Shown here: piece by piece, positions 8,305 to 17,222 of the stretch
Numbering within the stretch: position 1 is the first letter of the stretch
Layout: each line of letters opens with the position of its first letter
IMG/VR virus record: IMGVR_UViG_3300020042_003898
Location: 1,037 to 65,036 of that record
Strand: one strand, 5' to 3'
DNA length: 64,000 nt
From: a virus
Taxonomy: Duplodnaviria > Caudoviricetes
Notes under the pieces: model-generated
Seen by the model: only the letters and a program-made list of their open reading frames with translations
What the model was told of the DNA's origin: nothing
The model's database searches: none
Program-made: the position numbers and the translations under genes

Positions 8305-8610
8305 TTAAAAATTAAGGATAGCCACAGTAAATACACAAATAATTGGTAAGACCATGTTCCAAAAAAAGTTGTGAAAGTTCCATACTCTTGGATCAAGAGG
8401 GTCATCCCATCGCATATTTTCTCGTAAACCTTTACCATACTGTGCAATCCACCTGTACTCGGCTTGTGCATATTCCCTCCCAATGAAAATACCAGATGCT
8501 AGTATAGCACCAACCCACCAACTAGAAAATATAAAGAACAAAATAATTTGTAGCACCAAGGAAATTACAGTATGTTCTAGATTAAATATAAGAGTATTTG
8601 TTTTAGTCAT
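8305..8610 (-). CDS. membrane protein (conserved prophage family)
   Basis: TM segments plus 'GREYAQAEYRWI..YG.G.R.NM.W' motif. Confidence 0.7.
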   Translation of the reverse strand: MTKTNTLIFNLEHTVISLVLQIILFFIFSSWWVGAILASGIFIGREYAQAEYRWIAQYGKGLRENMRWDDPLDPRVWNFHNFFWNMVLPIICVFTVAILNF

Positions 8611-8819
8611 AGATGTTCACTTGGTATAGTGTAGTAATTGTGTACTCGCTTCAGAGCCTTTAGCATCTTCTTTACTTCTTTTGCTTCTTCTTCTTCATCA
8701 TAAGAATAAAAGGGAACCCCTAAGTCATTATTCTTATATGAATAATAAGTCTCTCGAAGAGACTGAGCAATATAAGTATCTAGTAGTTCAAGTACTAATC
8801 CATTTTGAATATCATTCAT
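8607..8819 (-). CDS. hypothetical protein
   Basis: ATGA overlap, operon strand. Confidence 0.6.
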   Translation of the reverse strand: MNDIQNGLVLELLDTYIAQSLRETYYSYKNNDLGVPFYSYDEEEEAKEVKKMLKALKRVHNYYTIPSEHL

Positions 8820-8836
8820 ATTAATCCTTTATTTGA

Positions 8837-9112
8837 TTACTCTACATTTTTCCAATTACAACCAGCCCATGCTTTTGCATTAACTGCCCTGACGTACTTA
8901 GCGTGTTCTTCTCTCATAAGATCTGTAAGAAGTTTATAATCATCAGAGTACTGTTTTTCTTTATCTAGAAAAGGAAGTACAGACTCTAGTCTTTTCTTTA
9001 AGATTTCATCCATTTTGTTAATATACTCTAGTACTTTATTTACTTCAGACTCAGAGTACATTTCTTGTAGTACTTTAATTACAGTATTATTATAATCGTC
9101 CCATTCTTTCAT
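8837..9112 (-). CDS. hypothetical protein
   Basis: operon strand. Confidence 0.55.
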   Translation of the reverse strand: MKEWDDYNNTVIKVLQEMYSESEVNKVLEYINKMDEILKKRLESVLPFLDKEKQYSDDYKLLTDLMREEHAKYVRAVNAKAWAGCNWKNVE

Positions 9113-9113
9113 T

Positions 9114-9365
9114 TTATTCCTCGTAAAGTTCTTTGCAGATGTCAGAGTATAGCGTACTTTTTATTTCGTTCTGTACTTTTTCTGGCAGTACTTTGTTTGT
9201 ACTGGAGAGCAAGTACCTAGATCTTACCAGAAGATTTCTTGATTTGTAGTCATTTTCTATAACTTCTTTAAGAAAAAGTGCAGCATCTTGATCTGTAAAA
9301 GACTCTCTCTTTTCTAAGATAGAGATCAACTCTTGTAGCCTTTGTTTTTTTGTCTTAGTTAGCAT
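9114..9365 (-). CDS. hypothetical protein
   Basis: operon strand. Confidence 0.5.
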   Translation of the reverse strand: MLTKTKKQRLQELISILEKRESFTDQDAALFLKEVIENDYKSRNLLVRSRYLLSSTNKVLPEKVQNEIKSTLYSDICKELYEE

Positions 9366-9405
9366 TCTTCAGTCTCCGATAAAGAGAGAGTCTATAGATT
9401 TGTAC

Positions 9406-9597
9406 TTAATCTTCTCGTAGCATACCAACCGCTTCAGAAAGTAAAGTAATAAGTTCTTCTTTTGTCTGTACTACGATTTTTACAGACCTCCAATCGTTAT
9501 TAATATCTCTGCCACCTACTTCAAACATATAACCATTGTCATAAGCAGTAATTGTATAAGTGTCACTTACTTTATGTAATTTATCAGCAATTTTCAT
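9406..9597 (-). CDS. conserved phage hypothetical protein
   Basis: 'YDNGYMFEVGGRD..NDW...KI' pattern. Confidence 0.65.
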   Translation of the reverse strand: MKIADKLHKVSDTYTITAYDNGYMFEVGGRDINNDWRSVKIVVQTKEELITLLSEAVGMLRED

Positions 9598-9599
9598 TT

Positions 9600-9944
9600 T
9601 TAATCCTTTAAGTTGTTAATGGGTAATACATCTAGAACTTTTGTGTAGTATACCATAAGATTTTCACCTGCTCTATCATATACTTCTTCTGGTTTAATCA
9701 ACTCAGGTTCAAGTCCTGCTACAAAACAAGCGTAGTCTCCTAGTGTATCTAAGGTATCTTGTGCCATAGCCCTTGCTCCTGCAATATAAGCCTCTTCTAG
9801 CCACTCTAGGATTCGTTTGTCTTGCATTATACCTGCTTCGCAATAGACATAGAACTTTTCTGATCTAAGTTCAAAATCATCTTGTTCTTCGTTGAAGAAT
9901 TTCTGAAACTCTTTCTTTAGATCAAATTTTGTATAACGTGTCAT
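9600..9944 (-). CDS. hypothetical protein
   Basis: operon strand, ATGA overlap. Confidence 0.6.
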   Translation of the reverse strand: MTRYTKFDLKKEFQKFFNEEQDDFELRSEKFYVYCEAGIMQDKRILEWLEEAYIAGARAMAQDTLDTLGDYACFVAGLEPELIKPEEVYDRAGENLMVYYTKVLDVLPINNLKD

Positions 9945-10153
9945 GATTCAACTCCAAAGTATCGTTTAATAAGAACTCCATCATAAATAGGTTCGTAGTG
10001 ATTGTCAACAAGTTTACAGCAATCTTTAACGATTAGTTCAGCAAAATGCCTCCAATCAAAGTCTCCAATGTACTCTCGATCAGATCCATGCTCTTTCTTT
10101 AGACCTGCTTGCTTTGCTAGTTCTAACATTACATCTTGCATTGCCTCTTGCAT
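9941..10153 (-). CDS. hypothetical protein (paralog-like to 10153-10383)
   Basis: both ORFs share the 'ELA.QAG...FA.LIV.EC...V...FG' pattern. Confidence 0.6.
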   Translation of the reverse strand: MQEAMQDVMLELAKQAGLKKEHGSDREYIGDFDWRHFAELIVKDCCKLVDNHYEPIYDGVLIKRYFGVES

Positions 10154-10383
10154 TATTGCACCTCACAAATTCCAAAATGATTCTTCAATTCTGATACACA
10201 TCGAAGAACTTCCATGTCTTCACGGTTATTATCACCCATATACCGTTTCTGTACAGTATTGATACATTCTTGCACTATTAGATCAGCGAACTTTTCAATG
10301 TCCATCATTGCTGGTATCACGCTGTTACCCCATTCACCAGCACCTGCCTGTAGAGCAAGTTCTCGAATTAGTTGATTTACCAT
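10153..10383 (-). CDS. hypothetical protein
   Basis: 'ELALQAG...EKFADLIVQECI...LKNHFG' conserved phage pattern. Confidence 0.6.
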   Translation of the reverse strand: MVNQLIRELALQAGAGEWGNSVIPAMMDIEKFADLIVQECINTVQKRYMGDNNREDMEVLRCVSELKNHFGICEVQ

Positions 10384-10664
10384 CCTCGTAGTTCTCCTAG
10401 ATCATTCTTCAATCGTTCATGAAATGATTCTTCACCATCATCACCAGAAACCAACCAATCAATACGCTGTGCATAGATAATAGCCTTTTGTAGATGCTTT
10501 AGCCCAACCTGAAATTCTTTGATTGTTTCTTTAGAATAATGCCGACCAATAGGATAATCATATGAATCGAGTTCTTCAGAATCGTTATTCAGAATACATT
10601 GCTCGATCATATCAGCAATGTACTGAATTCTGTACTGATCGTAATTAAAATAACCACCGGACAT
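10377..10664 (-). CDS. conserved phage hypothetical protein
   Basis: 'MSGG.FNY.QY.I...A...' and 'IDWLVSGDDGEESF' signature. Confidence 0.75.
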   Translation of the reverse strand: MSGGYFNYDQYRIQYIADMIEQCILNNDSEELDSYDYPIGRHYSKETIKEFQVGLKHLQKAIIYAQRIDWLVSGDDGEESFHERLKNDLGELRGW

Positions 10665-10685
10665 AATTACTCCTTTCTTGTATTA

Positions 10686-10922
10686 TTACAGAACTTCAAT
10701 TTCTTTTTTGATAGACTCTCGACCATCTTGGTATGCCATCTTAGAAATATATTCCATTCTCATAAAAATCTCTGCTGCTTGAGTAAATGAATCAAGTTTA
10801 ATTTCTAGTTTAGGACTTCCTACTACAGTAAAACAAGCAAATCCATCTTTACTTTCTGTAGTACCAATCCAACTAAATTTTACGTACTCTTTCATATAAG
10901 GTTCCTCTGTGCTCCATTGCAT
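10686..10922 (-). CDS. hypothetical protein
   Basis: operon strand. Confidence 0.55.
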   Translation of the reverse strand: MQWSTEEPYMKEYVKFSWIGTTESKDGFACFTVVGSPKLEIKLDSFTQAAEIFMRMEYISKMAYQDGRESIKKEIEVL

Positions 10923-10934
10923 AATATTATACCT

Positions 10935-11174
10935 TTAGATAAAGATAGCCCTTGGTTTAGAGTTTTTATCAAATTCTACATCAGAGCCTATCCCATGAGC
11001 AATTTCGATATCTCTTGCAAAACTTAGAAGATCTAGTGTACTTGGATTACCGGGTAAGCACTTGATCATCAAGATGATATGATCAACTTCTAATGGTGTC
11101 AAGTTGTTTTTTTCTTTTTTATTCACACTACTTCTTCTTTCCACCAAAGTAAGGAATAGCATGACTTTTGTCAA
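10935..11174 (-). CDS. hypothetical protein (true start likely downstream, GTG near 11127)
   Basis: operon strand; overlaps the nuclease gene end. Confidence 0.45.
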   Translation of the reverse strand: MTKVMLFLTLVERRSSVNKKEKNNLTPLEVDHIILMIKCLPGNPSTLDLLSFARDIEIAHGIGSDVEFDKNSKPRAIFI

Positions 11175-11481
11175 TCATTACCTGATTTACTTTTTCACCA
11201 TTTACGTAAATATCAGCAAGATATCTACCGAATTTTTCCTGCCCGAATGATTGAATAGTTACGTTCTGATTCAGAACAAGACTAGCAAGATACTCCTTAG
11301 CCATAACTGCTTGTTTACGAATCTGTTGACATGAAGAATGCAACTCTGGAGTATCAATACCATTAAGTCGAAGTCGATTACTCCACTTTATATTAAATCC
11401 CAGATCAATCTCAGCATCTACAGTATCACCGTCTACTACATTAGTAATAAAAGCATTATATAAATAAGTATCTTTTTTCAT
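11128..11481 (-). CDS. staphylococcal nuclease (SNase/thermonuclease)-like protein
   Basis: 'VVDGDTVD', 'RLRLNGIDTPE', 'KFGRYLA' motifs. Confidence 0.9.
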   Translation of the reverse strand: MKKDTYLYNAFITNVVDGDTVDAEIDLGFNIKWSNRLRLNGIDTPELHSSCQQIRKQAVMAKEYLASLVLNQNVTIQSFGQEKFGRYLADIYVNGEKVNQVMIDKSHAIPYFGGKKK

Positions 11482-11482
11482 T

Positions 11483-11863
11483 TTATTCCTCTGTTGGTTT
11501 ACGAATAATATTCAATAAAGTAAAAGTTGGTTTTGCTGATATAGTAACACTACCTTCTGTTTGCTTAAACCTTTCTTCTCTAATATTATAGTACATTTTA
11601 GGTGGATTAATCTTTGGTGATATTGAAACAAGATGCTCAATCTTTACTGCTTTACCTTTTTCTAGAGATTCAATAACTACATTAACTAAAGCGGTCATGA
11701 TATCTTCTACTTCGTACAAGTAAAACCCAGACTTCTCAGCAATCTTTTTGATTAATGCTTTACCGTGCAGCATCTTAACACCGTAATGCTCATCTGGATT
11801 AGTCTTCTTTTTCTTTTTACTTGATTTAGGTTGTACGTCTAATTCTTCTTCTAGATCACTCAT
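11483..11863 (-). CDS. HU/IHF-like histone-like DNA-binding protein
   Basis: 'LIKKIAEKS...VEDIMTALVNVVIESL.KGKAVKI...P...YNI' HU fold pattern with a basic N-terminal extension. Confidence 0.75.
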   Translation of the reverse strand: MSDLEEELDVQPKSSKKKKKTNPDEHYGVKMLHGKALIKKIAEKSGFYLYEVEDIMTALVNVVIESLEKGKAVKIEHLVSISPKINPPKMYYNIREERFKQTEGSVTISAKPTFTLLNIIRKPTEE

Positions 11864-12108
11864 TTATTTTCACTCCATAGATAAACATCAGACCAAGCAG
11901 CAGGATGAAAAATCTCACCCTTGAACTCTCCAACCATAGACTTACAAATACTATACATACCATCTGTCTTATAAAAGAGATAAGGTTGATCTGGAACTTC
12001 TACAAAAGATATTACTGTATACTTCTTACAATTATATAATTTATCAGTATCTTCAGTCTTAGTAAAGTTACTTGGATTCAAATCACATTCCATATTATAC
12101 CTTTGCAA
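11860..12108 (-). CDS. hypothetical protein
   Basis: 'F...DGMYS.C' conserved phage pattern. Confidence 0.6.
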   Translation of the reverse strand: MQRYNMECDLNPSNFTKTEDTDKLYNCKKYTVISFVEVPDQPYLFYKTDGMYSICKSMVGEFKGEIFHPAAWSDVYLWSENK

Positions 12109-12775
12109 TATTTACATCAAAAATCTTACTAATAGCCTGTGCTGTTTTCTGAGCAAGGATACGATGTTCTAGTTGAGTGCCCTCTTCACAGCGTACATCG
12201 AGGTAGTGAATGAAACTACGTACTGTACCTTGTACGTACAGCCTAGACATCGTAAGACCCTCTGGAAGCACAGAACGAGCCTGTTCTTTAGCAATTCCAT
12301 TTGTCACAGCCCAAGTATAAGCCTTCTTTACTTGAGAAAGCAAGGAGATTTGCATCTCATCCCAAATCTCGATAAGTTCTTTATCGTCTGTCTGGACACT
12401 ATTCTGCCTATTCTTAGGGTCTTGTAGCCTTGCTTCTCTGGTAACAAAGTTCAAGTCTTTAGTAGGGTCTGCGTATCGTTGACTAAATTCTTGAAAAGTA
12501 AAACTACGATGCCGTAGTAATTGCCGAGCAATATCTCGTGTAGTCTCTACTTCTAGAGTAATACTAGCCATCTCAAAAGGTGAGAAGTGCTTATGCTTTA
12601 GAAGATAGTTAATAAGTTTATCTGACGTTTCTGTATTAAATTGATTACTAGGATTACTTACTCTTGCACAATAAGCAACTAGATCTTTAATAGACTTGAA
12701 TTGATCTTTAAACTCTTCAGCAGGTTGTGAGTACGCTACTAGTTTTGCTTTTGTGAATTCATTACAGGTTGTCAT
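12095..12775 (-). CDS. thyX: FAD-dependent thymidylate synthase ThyX
   Basis: 'H.SPFEM', 'RQLLRHRSFTFQEFSQRY', 'EQARSVLP' motifs. Confidence 0.97.
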   Translation of the reverse strand: MTTCNEFTKAKLVAYSQPAEEFKDQFKSIKDLVAYCARVSNPSNQFNTETSDKLINYLLKHKHFSPFEMASITLEVETTRDIARQLLRHRSFTFQEFSQRYADPTKDLNFVTREARLQDPKNRQNSVQTDDKELIEIWDEMQISLLSQVKKAYTWAVTNGIAKEQARSVLPEGLTMSRLYVQGTVRSFIHYLDVRCEEGTQLEHRILAQKTAQAISKIFDVNIAKV

Positions 12776-13216
12776 TTATTTCTCCTTGATTTCAAACTTA
12801 GACACAACTATATCAGCATCTTCTAGCAATTGCAAGCCTTTTTCATCCCTGTAGTTCTCTAAATACAGTACCTTTTTTACACCTGCTTGGATTAGCATTG
12901 CGCTGCATTGAAGACAAGGTGACAACGTAATGTACATCGTTGAGTCTACTACACTTACGCCTTCTCGTGCAGCCTTCAAGATACAATTAATCTCTGCATG
13001 AAGAACACTAGGCTTTGTGATGTACTCTCCTGTTTCATTACAGATGTACTCACAAGTATTATCAACCCCAAATGGGGTTCCATTATACCCAGTTAAGGTA
13101 ACACCTTGTGATGTAACAAGTACAGCACCTACTTTCTTTCTGATGGCCCTAGAAAGACTAGAGTGCAGCAAAGCAGTCTTCATGTAAACTAGATCTAAAT
13201 CGTACAAGGATGCCAT
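12776..13216 (-). CDS. dCMP deaminase
   Basis: 'KVGAVLV...GYNGTP', 'HAEIN', 'SPCLQC' zinc motifs. Confidence 0.93.
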   Translation of the reverse strand: MASLYDLDLVYMKTALLHSSLSRAIRKKVGAVLVTSQGVTLTGYNGTPFGVDNTCEYICNETGEYITKPSVLHAEINCILKAAREGVSVVDSTMYITLSPCLQCSAMLIQAGVKKVLYLENYRDEKGLQLLEDADIVVSKFEIKEK

Positions 13217-13545
13217 GTCTTAATACCTTCTTTTGTAGTATAGCGTACTTCTTTTACACCAAAGTCTTTAAGCATACATTGACAAGTCATGCAAGGCATC
13301 GACATCGCTTGCTCTCCATTAAAGTCAAACCTCTGGATGAGCATAGAATGTACTTGTTTATTTCCTGAAGAAAGCAATGCAGCAAGTTCTGCGTGTTTAA
13401 AGATCTTCTCTTCTGCATCACCAGATTTCTCTGAGTACAAACGCATCAAAGGGTGTGATTTCTTGTAATCATTTACACCTGCACCAATTACTCTACCTTT
13501 CTTGTCGAAGGCTGTTGCAATCAGTTCGTATCGCTTTCTTGACAT
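13195..13545 (-). CDS. second cytidine/dCMP deaminase-fold protein
   Basis: 'HAELAAL' and 'PCMTC' zinc motifs. Confidence 0.8.
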   Translation of the reverse strand: MSRKRYELIATAFDKKGRVIGAGVNDYKKSHPLMRLYSEKSGDAEEKIFKHAELAALLSSGNKQVHSMLIQRFDFNGEQAMSMPCMTCQCMLKDFGVKEVRYTTKEGIKTWHPCTI

Positions 13546-13546
13546 T

Positions 13547-13780
13547 TCAGACCTTAACTTTGTTTGCTGTAAACGAAGACTTATTGTACTTCTCTTTTAG
13601 AGCAAGGTGAAGTTTTTTTGTTGATTCTGTTGAAACTTTTACTTGTTGTTTTTGAACAGCAGGAGTCCTGTATTCATCAAATCCATCAGAGCAACTCAGT
13701 TCATAGAAAATAGAAGATTTGCACTTTCCCATATCAGTCTCCTTTTGCAATTGCTTTAAGTGTACGCTGTGCAGATTCAA
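13547..13780 (-). CDS. hypothetical protein
   Basis: operon strand; start uncertain. Confidence 0.45.
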   Translation of the reverse strand: MNLHSVHLKQLQKETDMGKCKSSIFYELSCSDGFDEYRTPAVQKQQVKVSTESTKKLHLALKEKYNKSSFTANKVKV

Positions 13781-14189
13781 TTGTCTTGAGTTGCTTACAG
13801 GCTTTTCGATAAATAGTCTTTAGTTTATTCATCTCTTTGAAGTACTGCTCTGTTTCTTTATTTTCTTTATCACAGACCAACCAGTATTTCTGAATATTAC
13901 TCTTTGCAATAACCTTACCTGAATGGTACTGGTTAATCATACCACTAAGCACTTTACTAAGAATATCTGCTTCTTGTTTATTAAGTTCAGGTTTATACAT
14001 AAATTCTTCTGTAGGAGTAAGAAGATCTTCAAATTCCTCTACCCGCAGTAGTCTTGATACAGATACATCTTGCTTTAGAGAAAAGCGATTACCAGCATTC
14101 CAGAAGGTGTATGCCGTTACAAGTTGATCATCTTTCACATTTAGTGCCTTAGCAAGTTGATTAAACTTTTTATCAAATACTGAAATCAT
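13734..14189 (-). CDS. hypothetical protein
   Basis: 151-aa ORF on operon strand. Confidence 0.6.
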   Translation of the reverse strand: MISVFDKKFNQLAKALNVKDDQLVTAYTFWNAGNRFSLKQDVSVSRLLRVEEFEDLLTPTEEFMYKPELNKQEADILSKVLSGMINQYHSGKVIAKSNIQKYWLVCDKENKETEQYFKEMNKLKTIYRKACKQLKTIESAQRTLKAIAKGD

Positions 14190-14517
14190 ATTTCTCCTTG
14201 TGTGTGTTGTTAAGCAGTTCCAGAATTTTAGATTCTAACTCATTTTTGAACGAGTCTTCTTGCATTGAGCAGTCTATTTCATAAATTTCTAAAGAAGAAA
14301 GACCTTCTGTTTTATAAAAAATGTCAATGATCTCTATGTACTGATTGTGACCCTGTTCATCGTTAGAACCAACCTCATGAGGATAGTAGTCGAATAGCAC
14401 AATAAAGTCAACACCATCTATACAAATAGTTTTTTCATAAGCACCATTGTACTGACTAGATCTAAGTTTTATTTCCATAACTTTCTTTCTCTCCTTTAGA
14501 TAAAAGCAATTCTTCAA
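14173..14517 (-). CDS. hypothetical protein
   Basis: operon strand; likely start at internal MEIKL. Confidence 0.55.
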   Translation of the reverse strand: MKNCFYLKERKKVMEIKLRSSQYNGAYEKTICIDGVDFIVLFDYYPHEVGSNDEQGHNQYIEIIDIFYKTEGLSSLEIYEIDCSMQEDSFKNELESKILELLNNTHKEKYDFSI

Positions 14518-15009
14518 TTATTTCAATTCTAGTGACTGTTCATGCATCTTGTCAAGAACTATTTTTAACTTTCTAGGTGAGTTCTCATCTACCTTAAAAA
14601 ACATCCTGTGTGTAAGGTCATCTCTTGACGATAAAGAGTCTAGTGTATTTCTTGTGTTGTCTAGTACAATTAAGTTATTTTTCTTATAAACAAGAACTAT
14701 ATGACTTTGCACTAAAAAACCTCTATTAATTCTGTTGTACATAAATAACAGATCTGATTTATTTATTCCGTACTGTAAAAGAAGAAAGTATTTTAATATA
14801 ACAAAATCTTCACAATCTCCTTTTAAATATTTCAAAGTTTCTTTAGGAGTAGCCCAATAGTCTATAGTGTTATATAGTACTTGGTCTGGTATATACTCTA
14901 TATTTCTATTAACCCAAGTATTTACTTTATCTAATAAGACTATATCATCTGCTGATACATTACTTATACACATAAAGAATACTAGCACTATCTTATATAA
15001 ATACTTCAT
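14518..15009 (-). CDS. bacterial transglutaminase-like cysteine proteinase (BTLCP/LapG-like), exported
   Basis: signal peptide-like N-terminus; 'VN.WVN..I.Y..D..LY...DYWATP.ET....GDCEDF.I.KY', then 'HIVL' and 'VLDN' (Cys-His-Asp triad). Confidence 0.88.
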   Translation of the reverse strand: MKYLYKIVLVFFMCISNVSADDIVLLDKVNTWVNRNIEYIPDQVLYNTIDYWATPKETLKYLKGDCEDFVILKYFLLLQYGINKSDLLFMYNRINRGFLVQSHIVLVYKKNNLIVLDNTRNTLDSLSSRDDLTHRMFFKVDENSPRKLKIVLDKMHEQSLELK

Positions 15010-15092
15010 ATTATTACCTTTACTATATTATATTATATTACCCTAGATTACCCTGAGTTGACCCTTGAGCGTCCTCTCGCGCCTCTTCGAGG

Positions 15093-15183
15093 ATTCTATC
15101 AGTTTCAAGATGCTTGTCAAGTCTTTTTTTGATCTAAGTTGAAAGAAAGATTTGCTTGACTTCTTGGATTTGTGTGCTAGACT
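15093..15183. promoter_or_regulatory. back-to-back divergent sigma70-like promoters
   Basis: leftward TTGACA(15115-15120)-16-TAGAAT; rightward TTGACT(15156-15161)-16-TAGACT; located at the strand switch. Confidence 0.7.
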
Positions 15184-15218
15184 TCATCTCCTTGTTAAAA
15201 AGCACTTGAAAGGAAGAG

Positions 15219-15374
15219 ATGGAAGACAGTCTATCAGACACAGAGAAGTTCTACTACGCTATTCGTAAGATGATGGGTGGTGATGTGATGTGGTACGAAC
15301 TAGATCAGATGCAACAAGTTCACTTTATCCAAGCATTAAATGTTATGATCCAGATCACTAAAATGAAGAAGTAA
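15219..15374 (+). CDS. 51-aa hypothetical protein (not in ORF track)
   Basis: MEDSLSDTEKFYYAIRKMMGG...; SD AAGGAAG; its stop overlaps the primase SD. Confidence 0.6.
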   Translation: MEDSLSDTEKFYYAIRKMMGGDVMWYELDQMQQVHFIQALNVMIQITKMKK

Positions 15375-15383
15375 GGAGTCTAT

Positions 15384-17156
15384 ATGGGTGAGTTCGTAAA
15401 GCACGTTTCATGTACGCAATGCGGCAGCAAGGACAACACGGCACTCTATGCCGATGGATCTTCACATTGTTTTGGGTGTTTGTACACGGTTCCATCAAAA
15501 GAACTTCTTGACCAAAACAAGCCATTGAGTAAAATCCGTTCTAGTGTGTCAAATCAGCAATCAATCAAAAAGGAAAAAACTGTGACTAAAGAAAGTATCA
15601 CCTCTACTCAAGCAGAAGAGATCAAGGCAAAGACACAGATCTCTGCTAATAACTACAGGGGGATTTCTGATGCTGTACTGAAGTTCTATGGTGTACGTAC
15701 AGAGATGGACAGTACTGACAATGTACGTACAAGGTACTATCCTATTACCGTAGACGATAAGTTGTCTGGGTATAAAGTACGTGAGCATCCTAAGCAGTTC
15801 TTTGCTATTGGAAATACAGGCAACGATTGTGATTTGTACGGTGCTTTCCGTTTCCGGTCAGGTGGCAAGTACGTCCTTCTTGTAGAAGGTGAAGAAGATT
15901 GTCACGCTGCTTATCAGATGTTCAAGGAATATTCTGAAAACAAAGGTAGCGAATTCGTTACTGCTGTTGTAAGCATTACTACAGGTGCAGGTAATCCTAG
16001 TAAGCAAGTAGCGAATAATTACGAGTTCTTGAATAACTTCGAGAATATCGTAGTTGGTCTAGATAATGATGAAGCAGGTAATAAAGCGATTGACAAGATC
16101 ATTAGTGCTCTACCAAAGGGAAAGGTTCGTATCGCTACATGGACTAAAGCAAAAGATCCGAATAAGTACCTAGAGAATAATCAACAGAAGCAATTCTTGT
16201 CTGACTTCTATAATTCAAAGACGTATGTTCCTGCTGGAGTACTTGCTTCAGATCAGTTGTACGACAAGATGATCGAGCAGTCTTCTGTAGTCAAGATGCC
16301 TTTTCCTCCTATCATGAAGGAATTGAATGAGATGCTTGTAGGTGGTATCAGCCTAGGGCATATCTATAATATTGCAGCAGGTACAGGTGTAGGTAAGACT
16401 TCATTGATTAATGAAATGGTGTATTACTGGATCTTTAATTCTCCGCATATGGTTGGTATTCTTTCTATGGAACTATCTGCACCGCAGTACGCAGAGGCTT
16501 TGTTTAGCCGACACGTAAGCCGAAAGATTGCTATGCTTCCACAAGAAGAGAAGCAAGAGTTTCTTATCTCTGAACGAAGTAAAGAACTTGCTCATAAGTT
16601 ATTTGTAAACGAAGATGGTAATTCTAGGTTCTATCTCTGTGAAGATCGAGATGGAAGCATTGAGCAACTGCAAGAGGTTATCGAGCAGATGGTAATCTCT
16701 AGTGGCTGTAAGGTGATCGTCCTAGACCCTCTACAGGACGTTCTAGACGGTCTATCTAATGATGAGCAAGCAGTATTCTTGAAGTGGGCTAAGAGCATGA
16801 TTAAATCGCATGGTATTGCCTTTATCTTTATTAACCACATTAGGAAATCACAGTCTGGTGAGAAGTCAAGCACAAATGGTGGATCTTTGACTGAAGATTC
16901 AATTCATGGTTCAAGTACTATTATTAAGTCAGCATCTGCTAACATTCTACTTTCTCGTGATAAGTACGCAGAAGATGAAGTAGAGCGAAATACAACAAAG
17001 ATTGTCTTGAGCAAGAATCGTCTAGTTGGTCTTACGGGGCCAGCAGGTGAGTTGTATTACGAGAACTACACTCACACCTTGCACAATAAGGAAGAGTACT
17101 TCAGCAAGACACCTCGACCTGTTTCAGATGCTCCTAAAGAAAAGATTGACTTCTAA
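15384..17156 (+). CDS. bifunctional DNA primase-helicase (T7 gp4-like)
   Basis: CxxC/CxxC zinc finger, TOPRIM 'LLVEGEED' and 'LDND', Walker A 'AGTGVGKT', 'IVLDPL', 'FINHIRK'. Confidence 0.96.
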   Translation: MGEFVKHVSCTQCGSKDNTALYADGSSHCFGCLYTVPSKELLDQNKPLSKIRSSVSNQQSIKKEKTVTKESITSTQAEEIKAKTQISANNYRGISDAVLKFYGVRTEMDSTDNVRTRYYPITVDDKLSGYKVREHPKQFFAIGNTGNDCDLYGAFRFRSGGKYVLLVEGEEDCHAAYQMFKEYSENKGSEFVTAVVSITTGAGNPSKQVANNYEFLNNFENIVVGLDNDEAGNKAIDKIISALPKGKVRIATWTKAKDPNKYLENNQQKQFLSDFYNSKTYVPAGVLASDQLYDKMIEQSSVVKMPFPPIMKELNEMLVGGISLGHIYNIAAGTGVGKTSLINEMVYYWIFNSPHMVGILSMELSAPQYAEALFSRHVSRKIAMLPQEEKQEFLISERSKELAHKLFVNEDGNSRFYLCEDRDGSIEQLQEVIEQMVISSGCKVIVLDPLQDVLDGLSNDEQAVFLKWAKSMIKSHGIAFIFINHIRKSQSGEKSSTNGGSLTEDSIHGSSTIIKSASANILLSRDKYAEDEVERNTTKIVLSKNRLVGLTGPAGELYYENYTHTLHNKEEYFSKTPRPVSDAPKEKIDF

Positions 17157-17162
17157 GACCTT

Positions 17163-17186
17163 AGCCTACTTTACGTAGGCTTTTTT
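17163..17186 (+). terminator. rho-independent terminator
   Basis: AGCCTAC/GTAGGCT stem plus T-run. Confidence 0.7.
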
Positions 17187-17222
17187 CTTTGCTACAATAC
17201 AGGCTGTGACAAAGGAGAAGAA

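Noticed and set aside
221-10790. Plus-strand ORFs in the early region (e.g. 221-436, 1024-1422, 3607-3810, 4132-4368, 6714-6926, 7309-7584, 10002-10262)
   Set aside because: Shadow frames opposite better minus-strand genes; no SD and no recognisable motifs
15036-15070. Three ACCCT units at ~10-bp spacing downstream of the leftward promoter
   Set aside because: Only three short copies; cannot be separated from chance or from a simple promoter-proximal feature
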